Assembly (NCBI GenBank): GCA_038231275.1
Contig: JBBRLQ010000002.1
Coordinates: forward strand, 576,001 to 640,000
DNA length: 64,000 nt
Direction: 5' to 3'
From: Polyangiales bacterium
GTDB taxonomy: Bacteria; Myxococcota_A; Polyangia; Polyangiales; Polyangiaceae
Shown here: one piece after another, positions 48,446-58,394 of the stretch
Position numbering within the stretch: the first letter of the stretch is position 1
Layout: each line of letters starts with the position of its first letter
Notes under the pieces: model-generated
The model's input: only the letters and a program-made list of their open reading frames with translations
Told to the model about the DNA's origin: nothing
The model's database searches: none
Made by a program: the position numbers and the translations under genes

Positions 48446-49897
48446 ATGAACGTCACTCGCCTGCCGCTGCGCCTTACCGCCGACCCGCAGCGAGTCATCG
48501 CTCGGTCGTTTCTTCCCGGTGGCCCATCGCGGATCCGCGCCGTGATCGAGCGCGTAAAGGCGCTTCCGGACGCCGAGATCTCGACGATGGTGACGGCCCT
48601 CGTCAACGACTACCGGCAGCGCCACAAGGACATCCGCGGCATCTTCCGGCAGAACTACGCGACCGCCCTCGACGTGATCGGCGACCTCCCCGACCCGAGC
48701 GAGGAGCGCCGCCTGCTCCTTGGCGCCTACTTCACGAGCGAATACTCGCTCGAGTCCGTCGCGCTCTTCAACCCATCGATGGTGGAGCACCCCGATCAGA
48801 ACGGCGCGCCCACCGGCTCGGTCCGCTTCGTGATGAGTCTTCGCGCATGCGGTGAAGGGCACATCTCGTCAATCGAGTTTCGCACCGGATCGGTGGGCGC
48901 CGACCATGGCATCGTCGTCGATCCACCGACGCGATTCGCGGTCACAGCGCGCCCCGTCCACGACGCGCTCTATGACAAGGAGAGCTACGTCCTCAAGCTC
49001 CGCGAAATGAAAGCTCACCGGCCGCTGGCCGAGCCGATCCTCGCGATCCTCGACTCACGCTTCACGATCAGTGACCTGAACTACGCCATCGACCGCTGCC
49101 GACCGCAGACGGGGCACACGCAGTACAAGGAGCTCGCCGACAACATGCTCTGGCTTGCTCACTCGAACTACCAACTCGAGTTCTCGCCCGACGTCCCCAT
49201 CTCCGAGCGCGTGATCTTCCCCGTGAGCGAGAGCGAGAGTCGCGGAATCGAGGATGCGCGCTTCGTGCGCTTCGTCCATCCCGATGGGCGCGTGACCTAT
49301 TACGCGACGTACACCGCTTACAACGGCCTCCGCGTCCTTCCTCAGCTCATCGATACGAGCGACTTTCGCCACTTCAAGATCAACACCCTGAACGGCGCGT
49401 GCGTGCAGAACAAGGGAATGGCCCTGTTCCCGCGCCACGTCGGCGGCCAATTCATGATGGCGTCGCGGCTGGACGGCGAGAATATTTTCCTGCTCGCGTC
49501 CGACAACATTCACTTCTGGAACGAGTCAAAGCTCATCTATCGGCCGAAGCACCCATGGGAATTCGTCCAACTCGGCAACTGCGGCTCGCCGATCGAGACA
49601 GAGGCCGGCTGGATCCTGCTGACCCACGGCGTCGGCCCCATGCGCCAGTACTGGCTTGGCGCGCTACTCCTCGACCACGCGGACCCGTCGAAGGTGATCG
49701 GTTCGCTGAGCGAGCCGATGCTCGTGCCCAACGCGAACGAACGCGACGGCTACGTGCCGAACGTCGTTTATTCGTGCGGCGCGTTGCTCCATGGCGATCG
49801 TCTCGTCATTCCGTACGCGGTCTCCGACAGCCTCACCACCATCGCCACGGTCTCCGTCACCGAGCTTCTCGAGCGCCTAACCTCGTCATCGATCTGA
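48446..49897 (+). CDS. Glycoside hydrolase family 130 (PH1107-like) protein
   Basis: ALFNPSMV, GIEDARF, YYATYTAY, NKGMALFP, QLGNCGSPIET, GYVPNVVYSCG. Confidence 0.92.
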   Translation: MNVTRLPLRLTADPQRVIARSFLPGGPSRIRAVIERVKALPDAEISTMVTALVNDYRQRHKDIRGIFRQNYATALDVIGDLPDPSEERRLLLGAYFTSEYSLESVALFNPSMVEHPDQNGAPTGSVRFVMSLRACGEGHISSIEFRTGSVGADHGIVVDPPTRFAVTARPVHDALYDKESYVLKLREMKAHRPLAEPILAILDSRFTISDLNYAIDRCRPQTGHTQYKELADNMLWLAHSNYQLEFSPDVPISERVIFPVSESESRGIEDARFVRFVHPDGRVTYYATYTAYNGLRVLPQLIDTSDFRHFKINTLNGACVQNKGMALFPRHVGGQFMMASRLDGENIFLLASDNIHFWNESKLIYRPKHPWEFVQLGNCGSPIETEAGWILLTHGVGPMRQYWLGALLLDHADPSKVIGSLSEPMLVPNANERDGYVPNVVYSCGALLHGDRLVIPYAVSDSLTTIATVSVTELLERLTSSSI

Positions 49898-50028
49898 ACG
49901 ACACGTGGTGGCAGCGCGGGGTCATCCGGCCGGTGGAACTGGACGGAGAGGCTGATGGTCGGTCGGCGCCAGCGCCATCTTCCCCGGGTGCGCCCGAAGG
50001 CCGGAGGGCAAGCTCGCCAAGTGAGTCG

Positions 50029-51057
50029 TCATTTGCGGTCGACCAATCGCCAGATGCGCATCGCGAAACTGCCGTCGTCGTTTCTACGTGACTCGAGAAA
50101 GCTATCGCTGCTGACGGCGTCGACGATCTCGAGGCCGGCGTCGTCCTGGGCGTCGCCGAAGCCACGGCCGACCCAAGGGATGAGCGCCTTCTCCTCGAGC
50201 GTCGGCAGCGCGAGGATCCACAACGCCGAGTCATGCGTTTCGCGGGCTTCTGCGGTCTGCGTTTTGGGGTCGTAGACGATCTCCGCCTTCGAGTGGCGTT
50301 CGGTCACGAGGTGGTCTCCGACGATCATTCCGACCGGACGGCCCTCGTGGTCTGGCTCGAAGGACGCCTCTTCGCCCGGCGCATAGGTTGGCCAGGAGAA
50401 CGCCATCAGCCGCGTGAACGGATCGAGGCCGATGAGGAAGCGGCCATCCTGGGTAAAGCCGAGACACGGGTAGTCGATGTCTCCTTCGTCGAAGACGATC
50501 GTGGCCTCTCCTTGCACGATCCGGACGCCCACGCGGCGTGCGCCCGCCTGAGGATCGTCCTGATCCTCACTCAACGTGAGCACGAACGCGTCTTCGCTCG
50601 GATGGACCTGGATGGGCCAGCCCGCCGGGGACAAGGTGAGCGGCGGGCGGTAGTCGCCGACCAGCGCCAGCGCGCGATCGTACGCAAGCGCACGAAAGGT
50701 GGAGTCGACGAAGCCGAACAACCAGAGCCGCTCACCGTCCAGCCGAAAGCAGAGGAGCTCGAGGGAGATTTCGTGCGGCACCTGCACAGCCGCCACCTCG
50801 GCCCCCGTCATGCCGAGAAGAGAGAGGCGCCCGCCGTCGAGACAGGCGACCACCTCGCCGCGAGGATCGAGCGCGAGCTGCGCGTTCGCCGGCAAGCTCA
50901 GCGACGCGACGACCGGCGCGCCCGCGACCGGCCTTCGAACCGTCAGCGATCCGTCGCCGAGGAACACGCCGACCATGCCCGGGACGACCTTCAGCCACTG
51001 ATGCTGAAATTCCCGGTCCGGGGTGCACGACCACGACGCGACGAGCTCGAGCTGCAT
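50029..51057 (-). CDS. Hypothetical protein (beta-propeller-like)
   Basis: Long ORF with (F/L).P/.DG beta-turn repeats. Start could be 51072. Confidence 0.55.
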   Translation of the reverse strand: MQLELVASWSCTPDREFQHQWLKVVPGMVGVFLGDGSLTVRRPVAGAPVVASLSLPANAQLALDPRGEVVACLDGGRLSLLGMTGAEVAAVQVPHEISLELLCFRLDGERLWLFGFVDSTFRALAYDRALALVGDYRPPLTLSPAGWPIQVHPSEDAFVLTLSEDQDDPQAGARRVGVRIVQGEATIVFDEGDIDYPCLGFTQDGRFLIGLDPFTRLMAFSWPTYAPGEEASFEPDHEGRPVGMIVGDHLVTERHSKAEIVYDPKTQTAEARETHDSALWILALPTLEEKALIPWVGRGFGDAQDDAGLEIVDAVSSDSFLESRRNDDGSFAMRIWRLVDRK

Positions 51058-51114
51058 GCGCTCTCGTATCACGGGCCGCCGACCCGGCGGATGGCCACCG
51101 CGAGCGCGACCCGG

Positions 51115-52404
51115 TCACTCTCCGACCATGGCGAACCAGGTCGTGGCACGGCCCTCGAGCGTCGAGGTGATCTGGAACGAGTGGTACCGCGTTCGGAAGA
51201 TGCGCGGGTTGCGCGTGATCGTGAGGTGGAGGACGTCGCCATTCACGCCCTGGCGTGCGTCGAGCGCGAACGCGAGCGAGTCGGGGTCCGCCCCCACGAG
51301 GTGCCCATCACCTTGGTCGACCTCGACGGTGATCGGGCTCGTCGTCGGCGCGTCGCTGAAGACGCGTAGCGCGATCGTACGCGACTGACCCGGCGGGATC
51401 GCCACGCCGAGGACGGGAGCGTTGGCGACGCCGTGCACGGTGTCGGCGAGGTCCGGCGCGGCGCCGAACGCGGGCCCGAGGGGCGCTGGGACGCATGGAT
51501 CGTGTCCGAGAAGCGCCGCGGCGTTCGACCAGGTTCTTTGGACGACGTACGGCGTACCTGCGAGCGGGACGACGGCCCCGCTCACGAAGGTGCACATGTC
51601 CCCGAGCTCCGAGCCCGTCGCTCCCGTAGCCAGCGCCCAGCCGCTGCCCCCGAAGTCGGTGCCAATGAGGGCCGGCGCGCCATCCGGATCCGGATCGGTG
51701 GCACCCTCGACGATCTCGTGCGAGAGCGATTCGGTCAACGCGTCGATCCCGAAGAGCCCTCGGTGCTCCGCGCATCGCGGGAGAACGGCGTACGCCACGC
51801 CATTGAGTACCGTTCCCGCGTGGTATCCGCCGTAGCTCGCGCACGACTTCAAGCCTGGAAACGTGATGCTCGTGCTCTCGGGAAAAAAGAGGAGGTAGTA
51901 GGAGCTCGCGTCGTAAGGCGGAAGCGGCGACGTCGGGATCGAGGACGCTCCGTCCGCCCCGGCGTCCGAGGGGCCGAAACCCAGCGAGGCTTCGAGCCAG
52001 GTCTCCACGTCTCGGCCGCTGATCGACGTCGGCGGGCTGCTCGGCACGTGCACGACGGGCGCGACCGTCGGCACGCCGATGGAGTACTCGCCTAGCGTCG
52101 CGCCCCAATACGAGGACGCGGCGAGCTTCCCCAAGAAGTCCAGCACCTGACCCTCGAGCGGATCGTTCGGGAAAAAGACGGGGATGAGCGTCGGGCTCGT
52201 GAGACGACGACGCCCGTGCGACGTTACCTGTGGCAATGCGGCGTGAGGCGCGGGATAGGGCCCGTCGTTCCTTGCCGCGTCCGCGAGCGGCGTCGCGCCC
52301 GCGTCGTCGGACGGGGGTGCGCTCGTCGCGGCGCCGCGCGAGCACGCGAGCGCAAGGAGCAAAGAGAGAGAGGCCCAGACGGCGCGAAGCGGAGGTGCGG
52401 ACAT
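51115..52404 (-). CDS. Lipoprotein with GYH...SHEIVE.ATDP motif (Phi-1-like/zincin-like)
   Basis: Lipobox ALAC, YGGYH, SHEIVEGATDP, ELGDMC, VQRTWSN. Confidence 0.7.
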   Translation of the reverse strand: MSAPPLRAVWASLSLLLALACSRGAATSAPPSDDAGATPLADAARNDGPYPAPHAALPQVTSHGRRRLTSPTLIPVFFPNDPLEGQVLDFLGKLAASSYWGATLGEYSIGVPTVAPVVHVPSSPPTSISGRDVETWLEASLGFGPSDAGADGASSIPTSPLPPYDASSYYLLFFPESTSITFPGLKSCASYGGYHAGTVLNGVAYAVLPRCAEHRGLFGIDALTESLSHEIVEGATDPDPDGAPALIGTDFGGSGWALATGATGSELGDMCTFVSGAVVPLAGTPYVVQRTWSNAAALLGHDPCVPAPLGPAFGAAPDLADTVHGVANAPVLGVAIPPGQSRTIALRVFSDAPTTSPITVEVDQGDGHLVGADPDSLAFALDARQGVNGDVLHLTITRNPRIFRTRYHSFQITSTLEGRATTWFAMVGE

Positions 52405-52700
52405 GCCGCGCCCCTGAGCAATCGCCGCGCCATCTCCTCGCGTTCGGCGGGAACGAGGGTACGCGCCGAGGATCGCCACGCGCGGCGCTCGCCGGCTCGC
52501 GCGCGGCACTGGCACGTTGTCCCTCAGCGGGAGCGCGGGTGAGACGCCGCGACCGCCTCTGCGTCCTTGTCGCCGAAAGAGACGCCGTTTGGATTTTTCG
52601 CCCGGCGCGGGCCCGTGCAGCGTTTCTACGGCGTGAGGTGATCGCGTACGGGATACGTCGGTGCTCCAGCGCGACGATGCGCGCCAGCGACATGCGCATC

Positions 52701-55682
52701 TCACGGCGCCGAGAGCATGCTCGTCATCTCTGCGACCGCCAAGACGGTCATGTCGACGAGCCTCCACGCGTCCGCGACCCGCTTCGCGAGTGTTCGGGCG
52801 CGTTCTTTGTCACCCTTCGTCCAGGCGCGGCGCGCGGTCCTCAACGTGGCCAAGCTCGCGCCGTGGAGGTTGCGGTCGTCGACGTGCGGGAGATCGAACG
52901 CCTCCGCGAGCTCGGGCACGTTGCCGCGATCGAAGACGTCGACCAGAAAGTCGCCCATGCGAACGCCGTAGTACGCGTAGTAGCGCGAACCCATGAAGCC
53001 GCGTGCAACGTCGGCCGCCTTCGCGAAGTCGCCGACGACGTAGCGTTCGACGACTTGCTGGATGAGACGCCAATCCTCGCGCTGAAGTTTCGGCGCGTCC
53101 GCAGAGGGCGCCAACGCCGCCAGGCATCGGGCCGCGAGGGAGGCCTCGGCCAGCGCACACGATGCCGCGAGGTTCGCACGCACCGTCACGTTGGTCGTGG
53201 CGATGCGAAGAGCCGTCGTGCCTTCTGCGATCCCGCGCGCCACCGCGTTTCCAATCGATCGCTCGGCCCCGATGGCATAGGCAAGCTCGCGGGCCGACGT
53301 GATCCGCGGGTTGTCATCGTCGGTGTCCCCGAGCACGGCTCCCGGGGCGGTGAGCTCCTGGCTCCACCGCGCGAGCGTCCGCGCGAAGGCGCCATCGAGC
53401 ACCGCCGCCCGACTCGAGAGGAGCCGGCCCAGCTCCCGAGCGTCACCGTCGGCGGATCCTTCCAGGTACGCAATGACGACACCCAACTCGCCCGCGTTGC
53501 CCTCTCGCAGAAGCGAGTCCGCGTAGAGGGCGGGAACCACGTCGTAAGGAAACAAGAGGAACTCGCGCCGAAGAAACTCGGAGGTGCCGGCGCGGTCGGA
53601 TGGCGCGAGCGCACGCGTCGCCGTAAGCCACCAGTCCGGATGGTCCGGCGCCCACATGAGGGCACTCGAGATGACGGTCGGGTTCGCGGTCCCCATTCCC
53701 TCCCGGACGGCGTTCCAACCCGTTCGCGGTTCGGCGCTGACCACGGCGAGGATGCCGGTGTGCTCGTCGTCGCCCGTTGGGTCCTCCATCGACAAGGCGG
53801 TGGCGAGGGCGAGGGCTTTGCGTTGTCCCGGTGGGCCGGAGGCGATTTCGTGGTCGAAGCGCGTACGCAGCGCGGGCGTGATCACGCTCGGCTCCTGGGC
53901 AATCGCACGTGCCAGAGCCGCGGCCGGGAGCGTCGAATCAACGGCGTGACCCGCACACGACTCCTGCAGGGCCACGCGCCACGACGCGGGAAGACGCGGG
54001 GGCGTTGCGACCTTGCAGCGCACCGGAGCCTGGCGGCCACGGGTCGCCAGCTCAAGATCGGCGATCGCATCCTGCTCTTCCGCCGAGCCCACGCCTTGCC
54101 ATGCGCGGTACTCCGGATCCATCGCGTGCGGACGGCCGAGCGCGCCGGTCGCCCGCAGCTTGCGGCTTACGTCGAGCGCCACCGCACGCAGTGGAGTGCC
54201 GCTCCCACTGGCGCGCCCGAGCTCGCGGCCGCTCGGACTCCGCACGATCACGGTCAGCGCGACCACCGTGCCATGCGCGTGGGCCTGGCCGTCGATCCAC
54301 GGCAAGCCCGAGCTCGCGGCGGCTCGCAGACTTTGCTCGCGCAGCCCCGGCACCGCCCAGGGATCGAGCTCACGGGCGTCCTGGGAATAGCCCCGGCGCG
54401 CGAGGAGCGCTCCGGGCACGCGGACGTGCTCGTTGAAGCCTCCGAGCATCGGCGCGAGGTCGTCGGCGAGTGCGTACGCCGCCGCAGCCCCCAGCCACGG
54501 CGCCGGCTTTCCATCGATCGTGCCGTCGAGCACGGGACAGGCGAGAACAGGAACGGCGGTATCGAGCGGGTTGGCCCGGGTTCGCCAGAGCCCCAACGCC
54601 AAGGCCGCCACCGCGAGCGAAAGCGCGCCGCCCAGGAGCAGCCTCCACGCGCGACGTGAGCGAGGCGCGACCCCGACGTTTGAGCTCGGCGCAATGACCG
54701 TCTGCGCGAGCGCCGCATGCGCGAGGTCCATTCGCGCCGTCGACGCGAGGCCATCCGCAGGCACGCCAATGTCAGGAGGTCGATGTTGCAGCACTGCGGG
54801 GCCGGACTTCGGCGATGGCGGGACGCCCGCCGCGTGCGCGAGCGCATCGGCAAACGCGTCGGCGTCGGGGTACCGATCGTCTCGTCGTTTTTGCAGCGCG
54901 CGCTCGATCACGGGACGGATCGCGTCGGCGAGCGCCGCGTCCGAGAGCCGCAGGTGTGTGGGGGGATCGTTGAGGATGGCCGCGACGACCGCCATCGTCG
55001 ACGTTGCCGACCACGGAATGGAGCGTGAGAGCAGCTCGTACGCCGTGACGGCGAGTGAGAACTGATCGGTACCCGCATCGAGGGGTTGGTTGCGCGCTTG
55101 TTCGGGCGAGAGATACGAAGGCGTACCCACGACGTCGCCACTGCTCGTGAGGTTCCTCTCCACCGAGCCGACGGTCGGCTTGACGATGCCGAAGTCGAGC
55201 AGCACGACGCGACCGTCCTGCCGCAGCATGAGGTTGTCCGGCTTCACGTCGCGATGGATGAGGCCGGCGCGATGAGCCGCGGCGAGCGCACGCGCGGCTT
55301 CGATGATGGCGAAAACGCGCTGCCTCGTGGTCCAAGCGTCATCGCCGATGAGGGCGCGAAGAGAGGTGCCGTTGATCAGCTCCATCACGAGGAACGCGCC
55401 GCCATCCTCGGTTTCGCCAACGTCGTAGACGTGAACGATCCCTGGATGCTGGAGGGCTGCGCACGCGAGCGCCTCACGGACGAGCCGTTGCCGCGCGGCC
55501 TGATCTCCCAGCGCTTTGGCGGGCAGGACCTTGATCGCGACGTCGCGCTTGAGCCGCGTGTCGGTCGCGACATGCACGGCGCCCATACCGCCGACCCCAA
55601 TGCGCACACCTAGGCGGTAACGACCGGCGAGCAATTGGCCCTCGCTGTCGACTCCGCCGGTCACATACGCAGGATAGGCCAA
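52701..55682 (-). CDS. Membrane Ser/Thr protein kinase (Hanks type)
   Basis: IGVGGMGAV, VAIKVL, HRDVKPDN, DFGI, GTPSYLSPEQ, TM helix, large C-terminal domain. Confidence 0.93.
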   Translation of the reverse strand: MAYPAYVTGGVDSEGQLLAGRYRLGVRIGVGGMGAVHVATDTRLKRDVAIKVLPAKALGDQAARQRLVREALACAALQHPGIVHVYDVGETEDGGAFLVMELINGTSLRALIGDDAWTTRQRVFAIIEAARALAAAHRAGLIHRDVKPDNLMLRQDGRVVLLDFGIVKPTVGSVERNLTSSGDVVGTPSYLSPEQARNQPLDAGTDQFSLAVTAYELLSRSIPWSATSTMAVVAAILNDPPTHLRLSDAALADAIRPVIERALQKRRDDRYPDADAFADALAHAAGVPPSPKSGPAVLQHRPPDIGVPADGLASTARMDLAHAALAQTVIAPSSNVGVAPRSRRAWRLLLGGALSLAVAALALGLWRTRANPLDTAVPVLACPVLDGTIDGKPAPWLGAAAAYALADDLAPMLGGFNEHVRVPGALLARRGYSQDARELDPWAVPGLREQSLRAAASSGLPWIDGQAHAHGTVVALTVIVRSPSGRELGRASGSGTPLRAVALDVSRKLRATGALGRPHAMDPEYRAWQGVGSAEEQDAIADLELATRGRQAPVRCKVATPPRLPASWRVALQESCAGHAVDSTLPAAALARAIAQEPSVITPALRTRFDHEIASGPPGQRKALALATALSMEDPTGDDEHTGILAVVSAEPRTGWNAVREGMGTANPTVISSALMWAPDHPDWWLTATRALAPSDRAGTSEFLRREFLLFPYDVVPALYADSLLREGNAGELGVVIAYLEGSADGDARELGRLLSSRAAVLDGAFARTLARWSQELTAPGAVLGDTDDDNPRITSARELAYAIGAERSIGNAVARGIAEGTTALRIATTNVTVRANLAASCALAEASLAARCLAALAPSADAPKLQREDWRLIQQVVERYVVGDFAKAADVARGFMGSRYYAYYGVRMGDFLVDVFDRGNVPELAEAFDLPHVDDRNLHGASLATLRTARRAWTKGDKERARTLAKRVADAWRLVDMTVLAVAEMTSMLSAP

Positions 55683-55704
55683 CGGCAGTGGGATCGCACC
55701 GAAA

Positions 55705-56400
55705 CTAGCGGGCGAGCTTTCGCGCGCGGAGGTGGAGGAAGAGCGGAAGCCGGCTCCAGGACGCGTGTCCCTCGGTGACGGGCTCGCGGAGCGCGTCGAC
55801 GACGAGCCCTGCGGCCGCGAGCGCGTCGAAGTACGCGGAGATCGGCCGATGCTGGCTCTCGAACGTCATGGTGAGCTCGTCGCGCGCGACCACGTCGGAG
55901 GTGCGAAACGAGTCGAGGTAGCTTCCGCGAATCACGAATCGGCCGTGCTTCTCGAAGCGGCCCGCCGAATTGAGCGGATGGACGACCGCGAGGCAGGCGA
56001 CGCCACCGGGCTCGAGCACGCGCGCGATTTCCAGGACCGCGCCGCCGAGGTCATCGACATCATGCAGGCACATGAACGAGACGACCTGATCGAACGACGC
56101 ATCGTCGAAGGTGAGCGCAGATGCATTGGCGACGTGAAGCTCCATGTCCGGTGCCACGTCGCGCGCGGCGGCGACGAGCGTGGGAGACGCGTCGATGCCG
56201 ACCACGCGATGGCCGAGCGATGCGAGGTGCCGCGTGAGCCTCCCCTCTCCGCAGCCGACGTCGAGCGTACGCCGGCCGGGCGGAGGGACGAGCGGGAGGA
56301 ACTGATCGCGATGGTAGCGGTCGTAGCTATCGTGCCCTGGCTTCCGTACCCACGTGATCCAATCTCGCGCGTGCGTCTCCCAGGCCTCGCTCAACGTCAT
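55705..56400 (-). CDS. Class I SAM-dependent methyltransferase
   Basis: LDVGCGEG, GIDAS, SFDQV, RVLEPGG. Confidence 0.92.
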   Translation of the reverse strand: MTLSEAWETHARDWITWVRKPGHDSYDRYHRDQFLPLVPPPGRRTLDVGCGEGRLTRHLASLGHRVVGIDASPTLVAAARDVAPDMELHVANASALTFDDASFDQVVSFMCLHDVDDLGGAVLEIARVLEPGGVACLAVVHPLNSAGRFEKHGRFVIRGSYLDSFRTSDVVARDELTMTFESQHRPISAYFDALAAAGLVVDALREPVTEGHASWSRLPLFLHLRARKLAR

Positions 56401-56498
56401 GCGCCATCGGTATGTGGCTCACGGGACCTGGGCAAGCTTGGATCGCTGATCATGACGCTCCTTGCGCCTCTCGAGCGCGGAGATCATATACTCCCGGC

Positions 56499-57428
56499 AT
56501 GTGTGACGACGACTCCTTCGACGACATGGTCGCGTACCGCCTTCGCTCCGAGCTCGTCTCGCGGCGGGCCTTCAGCTCGCTCTCGCTCGGCGCTGGCCTC
56601 GCGTCGCTCCTGCCGATCGGGTGCAAGTCGACCGATCCGACGCCGGGCCCGGTGCCCGCACCGACCGCAGCGACAGCGGCGATCGCGACGGCCGAGTCGG
56701 AGGTCAGCATCACGACACCGGACGGCGCGTGCGACTCGTACTTCGTCCATCCGACGACCGGCACGGCTCCGGCCGTCCTCGTCTGGCCGGACATCTTCGG
56801 GCTCCGTCAGGCGTTCCGTCAGATGGGAAGGCGGCTCGCCGAGTCGGGATATGCCGTGCTCGTGGTGAATCCCTTCTACCGCACGAAGAAGGCGCCGACG
56901 GCACCTCCTCATCCGAACTTCGACGATCCGGCGACGCGCGACGCGCTGATGGGTCTGGCCCATTCGCTCACCGCGGAGACCGCGGTCACTGACGCGAAGG
57001 CGCTGACGGCGTGGCTCGACCAGCAACCGTCCGTGGACAAGTCTAGAAAGATGGGGACGACGGGCTACTGCATGGGCGGGCCGCTCGTCATGCGCACGGC
57101 GGCGACGAATCCGGAGCGCATCGGAGCCGCCGCGACGTTCCACGGCGGAGGCATGGTGACGGACAAGCCGGACAGCCCGCACCTTCTGATCCCGAAGATG
57201 AAGGCGCAGTTCCTCGTCGCGATCGCCGCCAACGACGACGCGAAGCAACCGGATGCAAAGGCGACGCTCAAGGCCGCGTTCGCCCAAGCGTCTCTCCCCG
57301 CGAAGGTCGAAGTGTACGAAGGAGCCATGCACGGCTGGTGCCCGCCTGATTCGCACGTGTATAACCGCGACGCAGCGGAGAAGGCATGGGGCGAGCTCTT
57401 GACGCTGTTCAAGACAGCGCTCGGGTAG
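56499..57428 (+). CDS. Tat-exported dienelactone hydrolase family protein
   Basis: SRRAF twin-arginine, WPDIFGLR, GYCMGG, HGW. Confidence 0.92.
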   Translation: MCDDDSFDDMVAYRLRSELVSRRAFSSLSLGAGLASLLPIGCKSTDPTPGPVPAPTAATAAIATAESEVSITTPDGACDSYFVHPTTGTAPAVLVWPDIFGLRQAFRQMGRRLAESGYAVLVVNPFYRTKKAPTAPPHPNFDDPATRDALMGLAHSLTAETAVTDAKALTAWLDQQPSVDKSRKMGTTGYCMGGPLVMRTAATNPERIGAAATFHGGGMVTDKPDSPHLLIPKMKAQFLVAIAANDDAKQPDAKATLKAAFAQASLPAKVEVYEGAMHGWCPPDSHVYNRDAAEKAWGELLTLFKTALG

Positions 57429-57429
57429 A

Positions 57430-57816
57430 TTAGAGGGCCTTCCCGTCGATGACCTGGAGTTCGAGCGAGAGCACATCGAGGTCACGAACGCACCCGAGGT
57501 TGACCCGATAGGCGCCCGGCCTTGCGGGTCCTCGATAGTCGGGTGGCACCGAGGCCACCGTGCTGAACGGAGAGATGCCGCAGGTGCGGCAGAAGAAGTG
57601 GTTCATGTCCTTGTCGCCGAACTGGTACAGCGCCAGGCGCTCTTTGCCTTCCACCTCGACGTCCGATGGGCGGAGGTAGCTCGAGGACATCACCGCCCCT
57701 CTGCGGATGCAGATGGAGCAGTTGCACCGTTGGCCGCTCGTGATCTCCTCGCAGGCGAACGTGAAACGGATGTCACCACAATGGCAACTGGCACTGTAGG
57801 TTCTCGGCGTCGTCAT
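57430..57816 (-). CDS. GFA (CENP-V) family protein
   Basis: SCHCG, CNCSIC, FCRTCG, VNLGC. Confidence 0.93.
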   Translation of the reverse strand: MTTPRTYSASCHCGDIRFTFACEEITSGQRCNCSICIRRGAVMSSSYLRPSDVEVEGKERLALYQFGDKDMNHFFCRTCGISPFSTVASVPPDYRGPARPGAYRVNLGCVRDLDVLSLELQVIDGKAL

Positions 57817-57886
57817 GTTCGTTCCCGATCGGAAGCTGTCTCAACGTCTCGGCACACTGCTAGCGTACCGCGCGAGGTAGACGCGC

Positions 57887-58384
57887 GTGGACGTACAGGT
57901 AGCGGCAGCGGGCACCGACGATCAAGAGCGCTTGGCGGGGCTCTTCGCGCTCTACACGTACGACTTCAGTGAGATCCTGGGCATCGATGTCGAGGAGGAT
58001 GGTCGCTTTCAGCTGCCGGCGCTCGGACCTTACTGGACTGTTCCTGGACATCACCCGTTCCTGATACGGGTTGACGCGAAGCTTGCCGGCTTCGCGCTCG
58101 TCCAGGAAAGGAGTCGGCTCACCGGCCACGAGGGGGTGCGCGACATGGCCGAGTTCTTCGTCATGCGGCGATATCGACGCCGCGGCGTGGGCGTGCGCGC
58201 AGCTGTATTCCTCTTCGATCGATTTCGGGGACCGTGGGAAGTGCGCCAGAGGCCAGAGAACCTCGACGCGACCGCGTTCTGGCGCCCCGCAATTGCGCGT
58301 TACACCGGCGGACGATTCGACGATGTGCTGTGGAACGACGAACAGTGGCGTGGGCCCGTTCAACGTTTCGACAGTGCGAGGTGA
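57887..58384 (+). CDS. GNAT family acetyltransferase
   Basis: LYTYDFSE, AGFALV, EFFVMRRYRRRGVG, N..ATAFW. Confidence 0.9.
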   Translation: MDVQVAAAGTDDQERLAGLFALYTYDFSEILGIDVEEDGRFQLPALGPYWTVPGHHPFLIRVDAKLAGFALVQERSRLTGHEGVRDMAEFFVMRRYRRRGVGVRAAVFLFDRFRGPWEVRQRPENLDATAFWRPAIARYTGGRFDDVLWNDEQWRGPVQRFDSAR

Positions 58385-58394
58385 GGGCGTTCGC

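Noticed and set aside
52230-54659. 809-aa plus-strand ORF
   Set aside because: Antisense to the Ser/Thr kinase.
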